The translations under genes were made by a program, and so were the position numbers. A DNA stretch of 63,974 bases from contig CAYYKV010000001.1 in the NCBI GenBank assembly GCA_964468605.1, forward strand, positions 1 to 63,974, written 5' to 3'. Positions 1 through 9,458 of the stretch are shown here, in pieces (position 1 is the first letter of the stretch; each line of letters starts with the position of its first letter). Under the pieces are notes generated by a model. That model saw only the letters and a program-made list of their open reading frames with translations, had not been told where the DNA came from and did not search any database. The DNA comes from an uncultured Terracidiphilus sp. (GTDB taxonomy: Bacteria; Acidobacteriota; Terriglobia; Terriglobales; Acidobacteriaceae).

Positions 1-236
1 AACCCTGTATTCATGCGGCTACGAAGAACCCTGCCGATGGTTACCATGCGGCTTGAGTGTGGGCAAAGTCAATGGGAAAATGCGGCTTTTCCACAATTTT
101 CTTCGGTTTTTGTGGGTGCAATGCCGATTTTCGCCGGATTTTGGGCCATCGTGCCTCTGAAACCCGCGATTGGAGCGGGTTTGGCGCTTTGGCTGGACCA
201 CCCATCCCGCCGCTTCAGGCCTTATATCGCTTCCTC

Positions 237-286
237 GCCAACTTGCCAGCCTGCGAACCTGCCAACCCGCGAACTTGCCAATCCGC
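237..286. repeat. Degenerate 8-bp tandem repeat (GC[C/G]A[A/G][C/T][C/T][C/T]), 6 units
   Basis: gccaactt gccagcct gcgaacct gccaaccc gcgaactt gccaatcc, just downstream of the 314 stop. Confidence 0.8.
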
Positions 287-313
287 TTTCTTGTTTTGCG
301 GCGCCAGTCCCGT

Positions 314-1057
314 TCAGTTCAGCCCGAAAAGAACCTTTCTCTTCGGCGTCAGAGTGGCCGCTATCGGCGTGTTGAGCGCGTCAACAACCGGCGCGGCAAC
401 CTTGAAGTAGCGAATCACCACGTCGGCAATGTCCTTTTTGAGAGCGGCTTTCGCGGGCAGCTCCGCAGCCAGGCCCCACTGGCGGCAGCGGATCAGGTCC
501 ATCCCCGGATGCTCGCATGGGAAACCCTTCGGTGGGCGAGTGAGCGCGTTGCCCTCGAATTCGTCGTAGAGCTTATGCACCGTTGGCCTCTTGAGCAGTT
601 TCCTGAATTCGGCGTGATTTTCGAGCAGCCAGTGGCGGATTGCGGCCAACTGTTCCTTCTCCGGCATGTAAGAGCCTGCGGCGATGATCACTTCCTTCGC
701 GCTTACATGAAAGTAGTAGCCCGCGCCTGAAGTCTTCTCGAATCCCGTGTGCGTCCACCACGCGGCCACATGGGTTTTGTACGGGCGCTTGTCATTCGAG
801 AAGCGTGTGTCGCGATAGATCCTGAACAGAGACTTCTCCGCCGGCCGCACGTGATTGGGCGCAAAATCCACCATTGCGTTCGTAATTCTGCGCACGATGG
901 CCAGCATCGGCTCCTTCAGCTCAGCCTCGAACTGCTCCTTGCGCGGCTGGAACCACGCGCGGTCATTGTGTTTGGCAAGATTGCGCAGGAACGTGAGAGA
1001 TTCTGGGCGGAAATAGGGCGGAGCGGCGGCGCGAGTGGGTTTTTCCCTCGGGGTCAT
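314..1057 (-). CDS. DUF2461 (TIGR02453) family protein
   Basis: Motifs FLRNLAKHNDRAWF and FRIYRDTRFSNDKRPYKT; start trimmed to MTPREK. Confidence 0.85.
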   Translation of the reverse strand: MTPREKPTRAAAPPYFRPESLTFLRNLAKHNDRAWFQPRKEQFEAELKEPMLAIVRRITNAMVDFAPNHVRPAEKSLFRIYRDTRFSNDKRPYKTHVAAWWTHTGFEKTSGAGYYFHVSAKEVIIAAGSYMPEKEQLAAIRHWLLENHAEFRKLLKRPTVHKLYDEFEGNALTRPPKGFPCEHPGMDLIRCRQWGLAAELPAKAALKKDIADVVIRYFKVAAPVVDALNTPIAATLTPKRKVLFGLN

Positions 1058-1212
1058 GGCAACAACGAGTGTAGCGCGGGAGCCTGTGTGAATCCCTGCT
1101 CGAGCCGACGGGAGTTGATCATGCGGGCCTGCGCTTCGACAGGCCCAGGGAATCTGGCAACACGATCCATTCGCAAATTCAATTGAATCGTCCGAAGAGC
1201 GCCTGGGCACTT

Positions 1213-2823
1213 TCAGGGCTCAAATTTGACCGGTGTATAGACCTCATACCCAGCCCGCTTGAGCTGGCTGGCATTGTGGATCGAAACGCCGTTCATGGTA
1301 ACGTCTCGGAACACAATGGGGGCGACGTTCGCGCCCATGAACTCGCCGGGGCGGGTGGCTTTGCCAAATGTGCAGTGATCGAAGACAAAGTTCGTCAAGG
1401 GCGCTTTGCCTCCGTCAATGTAGATATGGCCGCCGTCGTTCTCGAATGTCGTGTTCACAAATCTGAAGTCATCCAGAGCAATGTCTTCGCTTGAGCGCGC
1501 GCCCGAGGTGTAGCCCTTGCCGGTGAAGTACGCGGGGCTAAGTTGAATCCAGATGGCGAACTTGTTTTGGTTGGCGACGAAGTGCACGTCTTCAAAACGC
1601 AGATGACGGATGTTGGGCGCGCCTCCGTAGCCGATCGCCAGCGCCGAGGTGTAGGTGTAATTCACAAAATTCTTCACCACCACGTCTTCGATGGTGGAGC
1701 GCTTGCCGCCGTAAAAGGCAAAGGTGTCGTCCATTGTCATGGCGAAGCTGTTCTCCACCAGAAGGTGCTTGCTGTTGCCGGTGAAGTCAAATGCGTCGTC
1801 GTGGTACTGCTGTTTGCGGTTGACGATTTTGATGTTTCTCGCCGTGAAGTTCTCGGTATCGCTGACGGTGACGGTCCAGTAGGCCGAGCGAAGCAGCAGC
1901 AGCCCTTCAAAGGTGATGTTTTTGCAGTGGTTGACGATGTAGCCCTTGACGCCGGTTCCATGCGGGTCGTTGACGAGGCCCTCTTCCGATCGCGATTGTC
2001 CATCGCCGGTGTCTGGCTGAAAGTCGTGCCACAGCCAGGGATAGCCTTCCATATCGACTGCGCCTCGGCCCGCGATGCCGGCGTTCTCAACGTTGTTAAA
2101 CACAAATAGGGCGCGGAGCGGCCTCGCTCCGGGGGGCATCTGCGGCGAAACGTAGTCGGCATTTCTTCGCGAGCCGCGAATGAGCGCGCCGGCATCGAGA
2201 TAGAGCCGCACGTTGCTCTGCATCAGAACGGTTCCCGTGAGGTAAGCGCCGGCGGGAAAAAAGAGCACGCCTCCACCCTGCCGGGCAGAAACGTCGTGGA
2301 TGGCCTGGTTGATGGTTGCTGTTTCCAGGGTCCTCCCGGTGTTGTCCACCTTGTAGTCGAGAATGTTGACCACATTGGGGTCGCCGGGTCTTGGCGGGTT
2401 CTTCTCTTCAGGTTCTGCAAATAGCAGCAGCCCTGGGCTCTGAAACGTCGGCTCCTCGTTGAAAAAGAGGACGAGATAGCGCGGCTGATCGAGATCGAAA
2501 CTGACCGTGTTTCCTTTGATGATGGGATGAATGCCATAGGCCAGCGGACGGATGAAACAGGTAACCACGTTGCGCTCGTTCACCAGCGAGGTGACGGTTA
2601 CATGCACCTTGCCGGTCATGGAGAAACTGGCGTGATCCATCCATTGGAACTGGTTATAGGTTGGGAAGCGATGCACAAACACCGGCTGTCCATCGACCGT
2701 GACCTTGTAAGCCAGACTGGGTGCCGCACCCGGCCACGCGGGATATGGAGTCACAGCACCGAAGGCCGCAGGCAGGAGTGCGAGTGGCACGGCGATGGAG
2801 CAGGCGAGCAAGCGGAGTCTCAC
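1213..2823 (-). CDS. Secreted glycoside hydrolase family 28 / pectin-lyase-fold protein
   Basis: Signal peptide; GGGVLFFPAGAYLTG..LYLDAGALI; DDAFD and MDD acidic motifs; GTG start after GGAGAG. Confidence 0.75.
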   Translation of the reverse strand: MRLRLLACSIAVPLALLPAAFGAVTPYPAWPGAAPSLAYKVTVDGQPVFVHRFPTYNQFQWMDHASFSMTGKVHVTVTSLVNERNVVTCFIRPLAYGIHPIIKGNTVSFDLDQPRYLVLFFNEEPTFQSPGLLLFAEPEEKNPPRPGDPNVVNILDYKVDNTGRTLETATINQAIHDVSARQGGGVLFFPAGAYLTGTVLMQSNVRLYLDAGALIRGSRRNADYVSPQMPPGARPLRALFVFNNVENAGIAGRGAVDMEGYPWLWHDFQPDTGDGQSRSEEGLVNDPHGTGVKGYIVNHCKNITFEGLLLLRSAYWTVTVSDTENFTARNIKIVNRKQQYHDDAFDFTGNSKHLLVENSFAMTMDDTFAFYGGKRSTIEDVVVKNFVNYTYTSALAIGYGGAPNIRHLRFEDVHFVANQNKFAIWIQLSPAYFTGKGYTSGARSSEDIALDDFRFVNTTFENDGGHIYIDGGKAPLTNFVFDHCTFGKATRPGEFMGANVAPIVFRDVTMNGVSIHNASQLKRAGYEVYTPVKFEP

Positions 2824-3205
2824 TGCGGGCACTCTCTCCCCTGATTGCGAACGTTGTTCGTACCGGGAGGCCTTGGTGCGGGCGCTGGTTTTGGATAGCG
2901 AGGCATACAGGAGGAAGGTTAGCAAAACAGCGGAGCAGCGCGGCTGAAAAATCCTCCGCCGTTCGCCGCAGTGACAGATATCTCCCCGGTTCAATCTGTC
3001 AGGGATGTAACCGGTCCGTACCGGCACAAAAAGTCAAGCCCCTTGCCGCCTCCGATTCATCGCAACCCCATGAAAATACAGGGCAAATATCATGCGCCAA
3101 GTTTGCCGATTAACTCGCGCGTTTTGCTAGCCTCAATTCAGAATCGGCAAAGGTCTTAGGGCTCCGATTGGATCCAGAGGAGGAGATAACAAATAAAGAA
3201 AAAAA

Positions 3206-3340
3206 ATCACACCCACAAAACCCGAAATGACGCCGATAACTCTTTTTAAATCAACAAAACGTTCGAAAAATCGTGGACAAATTTGGTCGATTTTGTGAGC
3301 GAAACCGGCCCTTTCTTGAGCCAGAACGGCTCCAAACCGC
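3206..3340 (+). repeat. AT-rich intergenic element, diverged copy of 62508-62648 (inverted)
   Basis: Shares blocks ATAACTC.TTT...ATCAACAAA and TTT.GTCGATTTT.GTG.GC...GCCC with the reverse complement of 62508-62648. Confidence 0.6.
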
Positions 3341-3363
3341 CTTTTTTCGGCGTGTCGAAAGCC

Positions 3364-3954
3364 CTACCGTATGATCTTCAGCGCGCTGCGAAATAGTCCG
3401 TCGAAATCCGCAGCGAGGGCTTTCTCCTTCGCGATCGCTTGCTCGATAGCCTTCTCAGCCGCTGGTCGTTGGTAGCCCAGATTGGTCAGCGCGGAGAGCA
3501 CGTCGTCGACAGCCGGGCCTTGCACCGACGGTTGCGCGGGCGCAACGGCAAAGTCGTCGAGCTTGTCTTTGAGCTCGACAACCAGCCGCTCGGCCAGCTT
3601 TTTGCCCACGCCTGGAATGTGCGTGAGCTGCGCGTGATCCTGGCCGCGAATCGCCTGGATCACACGCTCCGAATTTAGCCCGCTGAGGATTTTGATCGCC
3701 AGCTTCGGTCCGACTCCGCTCACAGTGATGAGGCGCTCGAAAAGCCGCTTCTCTTCACGGTCGAGAAAACCGAAGAGCGCAATCTGGTCGTCGCTTACCT
3801 GGGTGTGAATGTGCAGCGCGGCCTCGGCGCCCACTGAAGGCAGCGCCGCAAACGTGGGCACGGAGATGGTGACGTCGTAGCCCACGCCCGCGGCCTCAAC
3901 GATAGCTTGGCCGGGCTGCTTGTGAATGAGTTTGCCGCGCAGGTGAGCGATCAT
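3364..3954 (-). CDS. ruvA: Holliday junction branch migration protein RuvA
   Basis: MIAHLRGKL; GVGYDV; LITVSGVGPKLA; IPGVGKKLAERLVVELKDK; ALTNLGY. Confidence 0.97.
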   Translation of the reverse strand: MIAHLRGKLIHKQPGQAIVEAAGVGYDVTISVPTFAALPSVGAEAALHIHTQVSDDQIALFGFLDREEKRLFERLITVSGVGPKLAIKILSGLNSERVIQAIRGQDHAQLTHIPGVGKKLAERLVVELKDKLDDFAVAPAQPSVQGPAVDDVLSALTNLGYQRPAAEKAIEQAIAKEKALAADFDGLFRSALKIIR

Positions 3955-4280
3955 CGATCCGATCCTTCGCGACACTGGAGCGACGAAGTCGACGAGTGCC
4001 TTCGTCCATAGTACAGAGTACTCGCGAAGTGAAGGCGCTCGCGGAGCGGTCAGTGTCTTTCTGGTTAATACAGTTGATTACTTGACTTGAGCGGTGATCG
4101 CGCTATGCTTGGGGCACTCGATTTTTTCTCTTCCCCTCGCGCCGTTTCTTCATGTGCGTACCGCTGCAATCGTTCTTGTAGTCTTCCATCGTTTATCGGT
4201 CAAATCGCATCGAGTTGTAATTTCAAGCTCCGCTCTTTCGGGGCCTGTCAATCCGTGCAACGGAATAAGGAGGCATCAGC

Positions 4281-6926
4281 GTGAATACGAAACTCCGAGC
4301 CTTCCGCAGAAAAGCCAAAGTGATCGCGAAGAGAACTGTACGCTGGATTCGCTATCTCTACTTCATGCGATTCAGCATCCTTTTGTGGGCATTTCCGTTG
4401 CTGCTGATCTGGCTCAACAGCCCGACGAGGGCGCGCTCGCTGGTCAGTGGAATTGTCACGCCGGTCCGATGGAGCCAGTATCTCTGCGTTGAATTCTTTC
4501 TGTCCTCGTCGAGTTTTGTGGCCCTCATCCTTGCGCGCATCGTCGTAATCAATGGAGAGGAGCGCTTTGGCGACCCCGCGCCCACCTCTTTAAAGCATTT
4601 CTTGGCCGACAATCGGGCGCGCCATGAGTGGATCGCCCCCGTTTTGTCCCAGATAAACAACGCCATCGTAGTCGTCTACTTCTTCGTCAACGGTTCCACC
4701 GAGAACATCGATTGGAAGTTCATTGCGCTGGGAGTTGCCGCCGGCGGCGTGCTCGCGTTTGTGTTCTGGTACGTGGTGAACGCCATCTACTATCTCAGCT
4801 ATCCCTCCGCAGCGATAGCAGAAGGTGCGGAAGGAGGCTTTGGTCATTCGGCCGCACGGACAATGCTGTTTTCCCGCAAATGGATGTTGCTGAGCCAGGA
4901 CGGGCGAGGCGACCGTCAGGGCGATGCGCTGGAAGATGCCGAGATGATGCCGTGGGTTCACAAGGTTCTCCGATGGATCTCGCGTTTTTTTCCGGTTCCG
5001 GGTTATCGAAAGACTCCGCGCAGTGACCTTTACGAGGGCCACTACTTTGCCTTCGTGGCGACCGGCGGGTTTTTCCTCCTTTATTGTGTGATGTTTCCGC
5101 TGACGGCGCCCGTGCCGATCATTTCCTGGTCTGTAGTGGCGCTCATCCTCCACGTGATTCTCAACGTCGGGCTGATTGTGGCCATTGCGCTCGCCAAACC
5201 CGGCAAGGCGGACGACGCGCACAGGCTCCGCGTTTGGAAGCGGATCCTTGCATGCATCATCGTGGTCTTTTCAGCATCCATTCCCTTGCTCTACTGGCTC
5301 GCGGATGCGGAGCGTTTTCCGATTCTCGCTCTTGTCCTCATCCTCATCATCTCCTCCGTTTGGACGCTTGGCGCAATTGCCTTCTTCGCCGATCGCTATC
5401 GCGTTCCCGTTCTCACCGTGATTGTCCTGCTCATGGTCATTCCCCGGCTCGTGAACGTATATGGCGGCAGAGAGGAACATTACCTTTCCATTTCGCTGCG
5501 CGATGCACCGGCCCAGCTTCCAACTCCGGCGGATGTCCTCGAAAAAAAGCTCGCGGATTTTCCCGGCCAGCCACTCATCATTGTGACGTCGACAGGAGGT
5601 GGAATTCATGCCGCCGCGTGGACGACAGCGGTCCTCGGCCAATTGGAAAAGCTCGCCCAGAAAAGCTCGCTCGGGACTTTCCACCGGCACATTCTTCTTC
5701 TCAGTACAGTCTCCGGCGGCAGCAGCGGCTTGTATGACTACCTGCGCGAGCTGGATGCGAATACGAACAATGGCAGTCCCGATTGGGAGCGGATGAATGT
5801 CCGAGCAGAGTGCTCGAGTCTCGAGGCGGTCGGATGGGGACTGGTCTACTACGACATTCCGAAGGCCTTTGTCCCGCTGGCGCCGTATATCTGGCCGCGC
5901 TCGAACGGCGTCGACGATCTGAGCCAGTCGCCGTGGGCTTACAACTGGAAAAACATTCCGCTGGCGAAGGATCGCACATGGGCATTGCGCAAGGCGTTCG
6001 CGCGCAATCTCGATGATCCGTTCTGCCAGCCGAGCAATCTTCCCCACAAGTGGATCACTTTATCCGCCGAAGTCAATGCGCGACAGCGAAACGAGGCGAA
6101 CCAGGCCGAGCTGGCGCTTGCCAACCTCGATCCCATCAAGACGTCCATTCCCGCCTTCACCATGAACACGACAACGGTGGAAGGAGGCGATCGCTTCCTC
6201 CTCGCCAACTATCAGCTCCCGTATTACACCGCACCCAACTACAATCCGCTCATTCCTCAGCCCGCGGAGTCATTCCTCGAGGTCTACAGCGCAGCGCAAT
6301 TCGAGCAGAACGATCGCGCCCGGTTTCCCGATCTGCCGCTGGCGACCGGGGCTCAACTGTCGGCGACATTTCCATATGTCTCGTCTGCCGCAACGTTTCC
6401 GGCTGTGCACTCGATGCAGGGAGTTCATTTTGTCGATGGAGGTTATTACGATAATGACGGAACGGCTTCAGCGATCGAATTTCTTCGCGCCGCGCTGGAG
6501 GGATTGCCGAAGGGTGCGCCTCAAGTTCAGATCGTCCTGGTGGAGATCCGCAACAGCCCCGATTCGCCTGCAAGGACCAACTGTTGCGCTGCATGGAGCT
6601 CTAACCCCAGCGTCGAGCCGTGGAACCTGGCCGCGCAGCTTCTCGCGCCGCTCCAGGCGTTTTACTCCGCCGGCCACGACAGCGTCACCGACCGCAATCG
6701 CAATGCCCTCAATCTTTTCACTCAGGCTTACAGCAATAAAGTATCGGTACTTCATGTGGTGATCGACGACGAAGACAGCGTCAACGACGTTAGGACCGAT
6801 CCGCTGAACTGGTCCCTGACTCCGGCGCAACAAACTGAGGTAATGCGTTCGGCGACGTCGGCCACCAATAAGAACAAATACTGCCAGGTAATCACCGCGC
6901 TCGATTCCCAATGGAAATGCCCTTGA
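4281..6926 (+). CDS. Polytopic membrane protein with C-terminal patatin-like phospholipase domain
   Basis: Many N-terminal hydrophobic helices; Gly-rich STGGGIHAA, nucleophile STVSGGS, FVDGGYYDN. Confidence 0.75.
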   Translation: MNTKLRAFRRKAKVIAKRTVRWIRYLYFMRFSILLWAFPLLLIWLNSPTRARSLVSGIVTPVRWSQYLCVEFFLSSSSFVALILARIVVINGEERFGDPAPTSLKHFLADNRARHEWIAPVLSQINNAIVVVYFFVNGSTENIDWKFIALGVAAGGVLAFVFWYVVNAIYYLSYPSAAIAEGAEGGFGHSAARTMLFSRKWMLLSQDGRGDRQGDALEDAEMMPWVHKVLRWISRFFPVPGYRKTPRSDLYEGHYFAFVATGGFFLLYCVMFPLTAPVPIISWSVVALILHVILNVGLIVAIALAKPGKADDAHRLRVWKRILACIIVVFSASIPLLYWLADAERFPILALVLILIISSVWTLGAIAFFADRYRVPVLTVIVLLMVIPRLVNVYGGREEHYLSISLRDAPAQLPTPADVLEKKLADFPGQPLIIVTSTGGGIHAAAWTTAVLGQLEKLAQKSSLGTFHRHILLLSTVSGGSSGLYDYLRELDANTNNGSPDWERMNVRAECSSLEAVGWGLVYYDIPKAFVPLAPYIWPRSNGVDDLSQSPWAYNWKNIPLAKDRTWALRKAFARNLDDPFCQPSNLPHKWITLSAEVNARQRNEANQAELALANLDPIKTSIPAFTMNTTTVEGGDRFLLANYQLPYYTAPNYNPLIPQPAESFLEVYSAAQFEQNDRARFPDLPLATGAQLSATFPYVSSAATFPAVHSMQGVHFVDGGYYDNDGTASAIEFLRAALEGLPKGAPQVQIVLVEIRNSPDSPARTNCCAAWSSNPSVEPWNLAAQLLAPLQAFYSAGHDSVTDRNRNALNLFTQAYSNKVSVLHVVIDDEDSVNDVRTDPLNWSLTPAQQTEVMRSATSATNKNKYCQVITALDSQWKCP

Positions 6927-6996
6927 AGGCCGTTTCGTTCTGAGGATTTGGCACAAGTACTCAAGGGTCGGAGAACGCTTCACAAAGCCTGTTTCG

Positions 6997-8208
6997 CTAA
7001 AGAATGTTCATCTGCTTTGCCACGCGCTCCAGCGTCTCCAGCGCGCGGTCGAGCTGTGCGCGCGTATGCTCGCTCGTCAAAATTGCGCGGATGCGGGCCT
7101 TGCCTTCGGGCACCGTAGGGAACGCAATTCCAGTCGCCATCACGCCCTCGTTGAAGAGCGCGCGGCTGAAGTCCATGGCTGCGCGCCCCTCGCCCACGAT
7201 GATCGGTGTGATCGGCGTCTCGGTGGCCGGCGTGTTCAAGCCGCCAATGTTGAAGCCGGCGCGTTTGAGCTCGCCCTGAAAGTAGCGCGTGTTCGACCAC
7301 AGGCGAAGAATCCGCTCCGGCTCATTCTCAAGAATGTCGAAGGCAGCGATGCACGTCGCCGCCACCGACGGCGGATGTGAAGTCGAAAACAGAAACGGCC
7401 GCGCGCGGTGATAAAGGTAGTCGATCAAATCTTTCGATCCGCAGACGTAGCCGCCCAGCGCCCCGATGGCCTTTGACAGCGTGCCCACCTGCACGTCGAC
7501 CTTGCCGTGCATGCCGAAGTGATCCACCGATCCACGCCCGTTGCGCCCAAGAACGCCCGAGGCGTGGGCGTCGTCGACCATCATGATGGCGCCGTACTTC
7601 TCGGCCAGTGCGGCCAGCTTATCCACGGGACCAATGTCGCCATCCATCGAAAAGACGCCATCGGTGATGACCAACTTCCTGCCCGATTGAGATGCGAGCT
7701 GCAGCAACAGCTCCTCGCAATGGGCCATGTCTTTGTGGCGAAAAACTTTGATCGTGGCCCGCGACAGCCGCGCACCGTCAATGATGCTGGCGTGATTCAA
7801 CTCGTCGGAAAGGATGAAGTCCTCTTTGCCGAGGATGGCGCTGACCGTGCCGGCGTTGGCTGCGAAACCGCTCTGGAAGACCACGCAGGCCTCGACATTC
7901 TTGAAGCGCGCAATCTTCTCTTCGAGTTCCATGTGGATGCGCATAGTTCCAGCAATCGTTCGCACCGCGCCCGAGCCCACTCCGAAGGCCCGCGTGGCGG
8001 CGATGGCTGCCTCAATGAGCTTGGGATGGTTGGCCAGGCCCAGATAATTGTTGCTGGCCAGGTTGATAACCTCGCGGCCGTCGTAGTGGCAAACTGGTGC
8101 CTGCTGATCGTCGAGAACGCGGAGATTGAAGTGCGTACCCTTGGCGCGCAGATCGTCGAGAACCGCAGTGAGGTGAGCGAGCTGGGGGCGTGGAACAGCT
8201 TCTGTCAT
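6997..8208 (-). CDS. kbl: Glycine C-acetyltransferase (2-amino-3-ketobutyrate CoA ligase), AON synthase family
   Basis: SNNYLGLA; SDELNHASIIDG; DDAH; GTLSKA (PLP lysine); tdh nearby. Confidence 0.88.
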   Translation of the reverse strand: MTEAVPRPQLAHLTAVLDDLRAKGTHFNLRVLDDQQAPVCHYDGREVINLASNNYLGLANHPKLIEAAIAATRAFGVGSGAVRTIAGTMRIHMELEEKIARFKNVEACVVFQSGFAANAGTVSAILGKEDFILSDELNHASIIDGARLSRATIKVFRHKDMAHCEELLLQLASQSGRKLVITDGVFSMDGDIGPVDKLAALAEKYGAIMMVDDAHASGVLGRNGRGSVDHFGMHGKVDVQVGTLSKAIGALGGYVCGSKDLIDYLYHRARPFLFSTSHPPSVAATCIAAFDILENEPERILRLWSNTRYFQGELKRAGFNIGGLNTPATETPITPIIVGEGRAAMDFSRALFNEGVMATGIAFPTVPEGKARIRAILTSEHTRAQLDRALETLERVAKQMNIL

Positions 8209-8413
8209 GGCAATGCACCTACGCTGAAAGTCTAGCGCGGCTGGCGGGGTGGCATTCCGGCCGGTCACGCGTCAAAGAGAAGGCCAAAGGGGAAGGCGGC
8301 TAGGTTGGCCGGGATGCGCCCCGGCCAGATACAATAGGGGTCTGCGCAGAGTCAATACGCGAAGCGCCGCTGTGCGCAAGCGCGATCTTTCTGGAGATTT
8401 GGAGCAGGTGCAA

Positions 8414-9445
8414 GTGAGAGGTTTGAATCGCCGCGGTTTGCGGCTCGAGCGGGTTGCGGGACTGGGGTTCGCATTGGCGCTGGTCGTGCTGCCGGCAGCT
8501 GTGGCGGCGCAACAGATCGCGACACATACCTACCTGACCGTGGAGACCAGCGAGCAGGGCGGGCATACGCAAGCTACCGCCAGGGTTGCCGTTACCGGCG
8601 CAGACGGCCTGCCCGCATCTGGTGCTGTCGTTATTGATGACGGGGACCGCGAACTGGCCGAAGCGGTTTTGAATAGCGCGGGAGAGGCAACGCCGGTGCT
8701 TTCGTTGGCGGCCGGAGATCATGCCCTGCGCGCCGTCTATACAGGCGATGCATCGCACCTGAGCTCGGCCTCGATCACCAGCGATGTTACGGGCCAAACC
8801 AGTTCCACTCCAAACTTCACGCTCACACTGTCGCCCGTGGCGCCTTCAACGCTGCCGCTCACACTCACCGCCGGCCAGGCAGGCACGATCGCTGTCACCC
8901 TGGTGCCTGAAGACAATGCAGCGCTCACGGCGCCAATGTTCGTCACTCTTTCCTGTTCGGGCCTTCCCAGCGAAGCGTCATGCGCCTTTAGTCCGGCGAC
9001 GTTGGAGATCTTGCCCACCACGCTGACGACTTGTCCTTCCGGTTCGCCGGCATCGGCATGTCCGCCGGTCAGCTCCATGCTCCTTCAAACGACGGAGGTG
9101 GGGACGACCAAGGTGGTGCTGCCCAAACTTCCCGGAAACGGAGGCAGCCCCGTCACTTGGGCCATTCTGTTGCCCGGCATTCTTGGGCTCGGCGGACTTG
9201 CTTGGGGCGCGCGAAGGAGGCGCTGGTTGCAGCGCCTTGCACTGGTGGCATTAGTGGGCTTGGTCACCGCGCTGGGTACGACCTCGTGCAAGCCGCTTTA
9301 CAACTATTATCAACACGGCCCGTCGCATCCCCCTGCGACCCCCAACGGCACATACACCGTCACCGTCACTGGGCAAACCTCCAACGGCGTCACCGCCATC
9401 ACCAATAACACCACGATGGTGCTCACGGTAACCGGCGGTTCTTAA
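8414..9445 (+). CDS. Secreted Ig-like (Big_3) domain protein with C-terminal TM-basic-TM-Cys tail
   Basis: Signal peptide; GDHALRAVYTGD Ig strand; LSCSGLP..SCAFSP; hydrophobic-RRRR-hydrophobic-TTSC..TPNGTYTVTVTG; start uncertain. Confidence 0.75.
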   Translation: MRGLNRRGLRLERVAGLGFALALVVLPAAVAAQQIATHTYLTVETSEQGGHTQATARVAVTGADGLPASGAVVIDDGDRELAEAVLNSAGEATPVLSLAAGDHALRAVYTGDASHLSSASITSDVTGQTSSTPNFTLTLSPVAPSTLPLTLTAGQAGTIAVTLVPEDNAALTAPMFVTLSCSGLPSEASCAFSPATLEILPTTLTTCPSGSPASACPPVSSMLLQTTEVGTTKVVLPKLPGNGGSPVTWAILLPGILGLGGLAWGARRRRWLQRLALVALVGLVTALGTTSCKPLYNYYQHGPSHPPATPNGTYTVTVTGQTSNGVTAITNNTTMVLTVTGGS

Positions 9446-9458
9446 TTACACTGCCTGC

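Noticed and set aside
1-230. ORFs and imperfect AACCC..GCGG(G/C)T motifs at the window start
   Set aside because: The ORFs look non-coding and the region is truncated, so it cannot be interpreted.
3955-4280. LexA/SOS box upstream of ruvA
   Set aside because: No convincing GTTC-N7-GTTC or CTGT-N8-ACAG match found.
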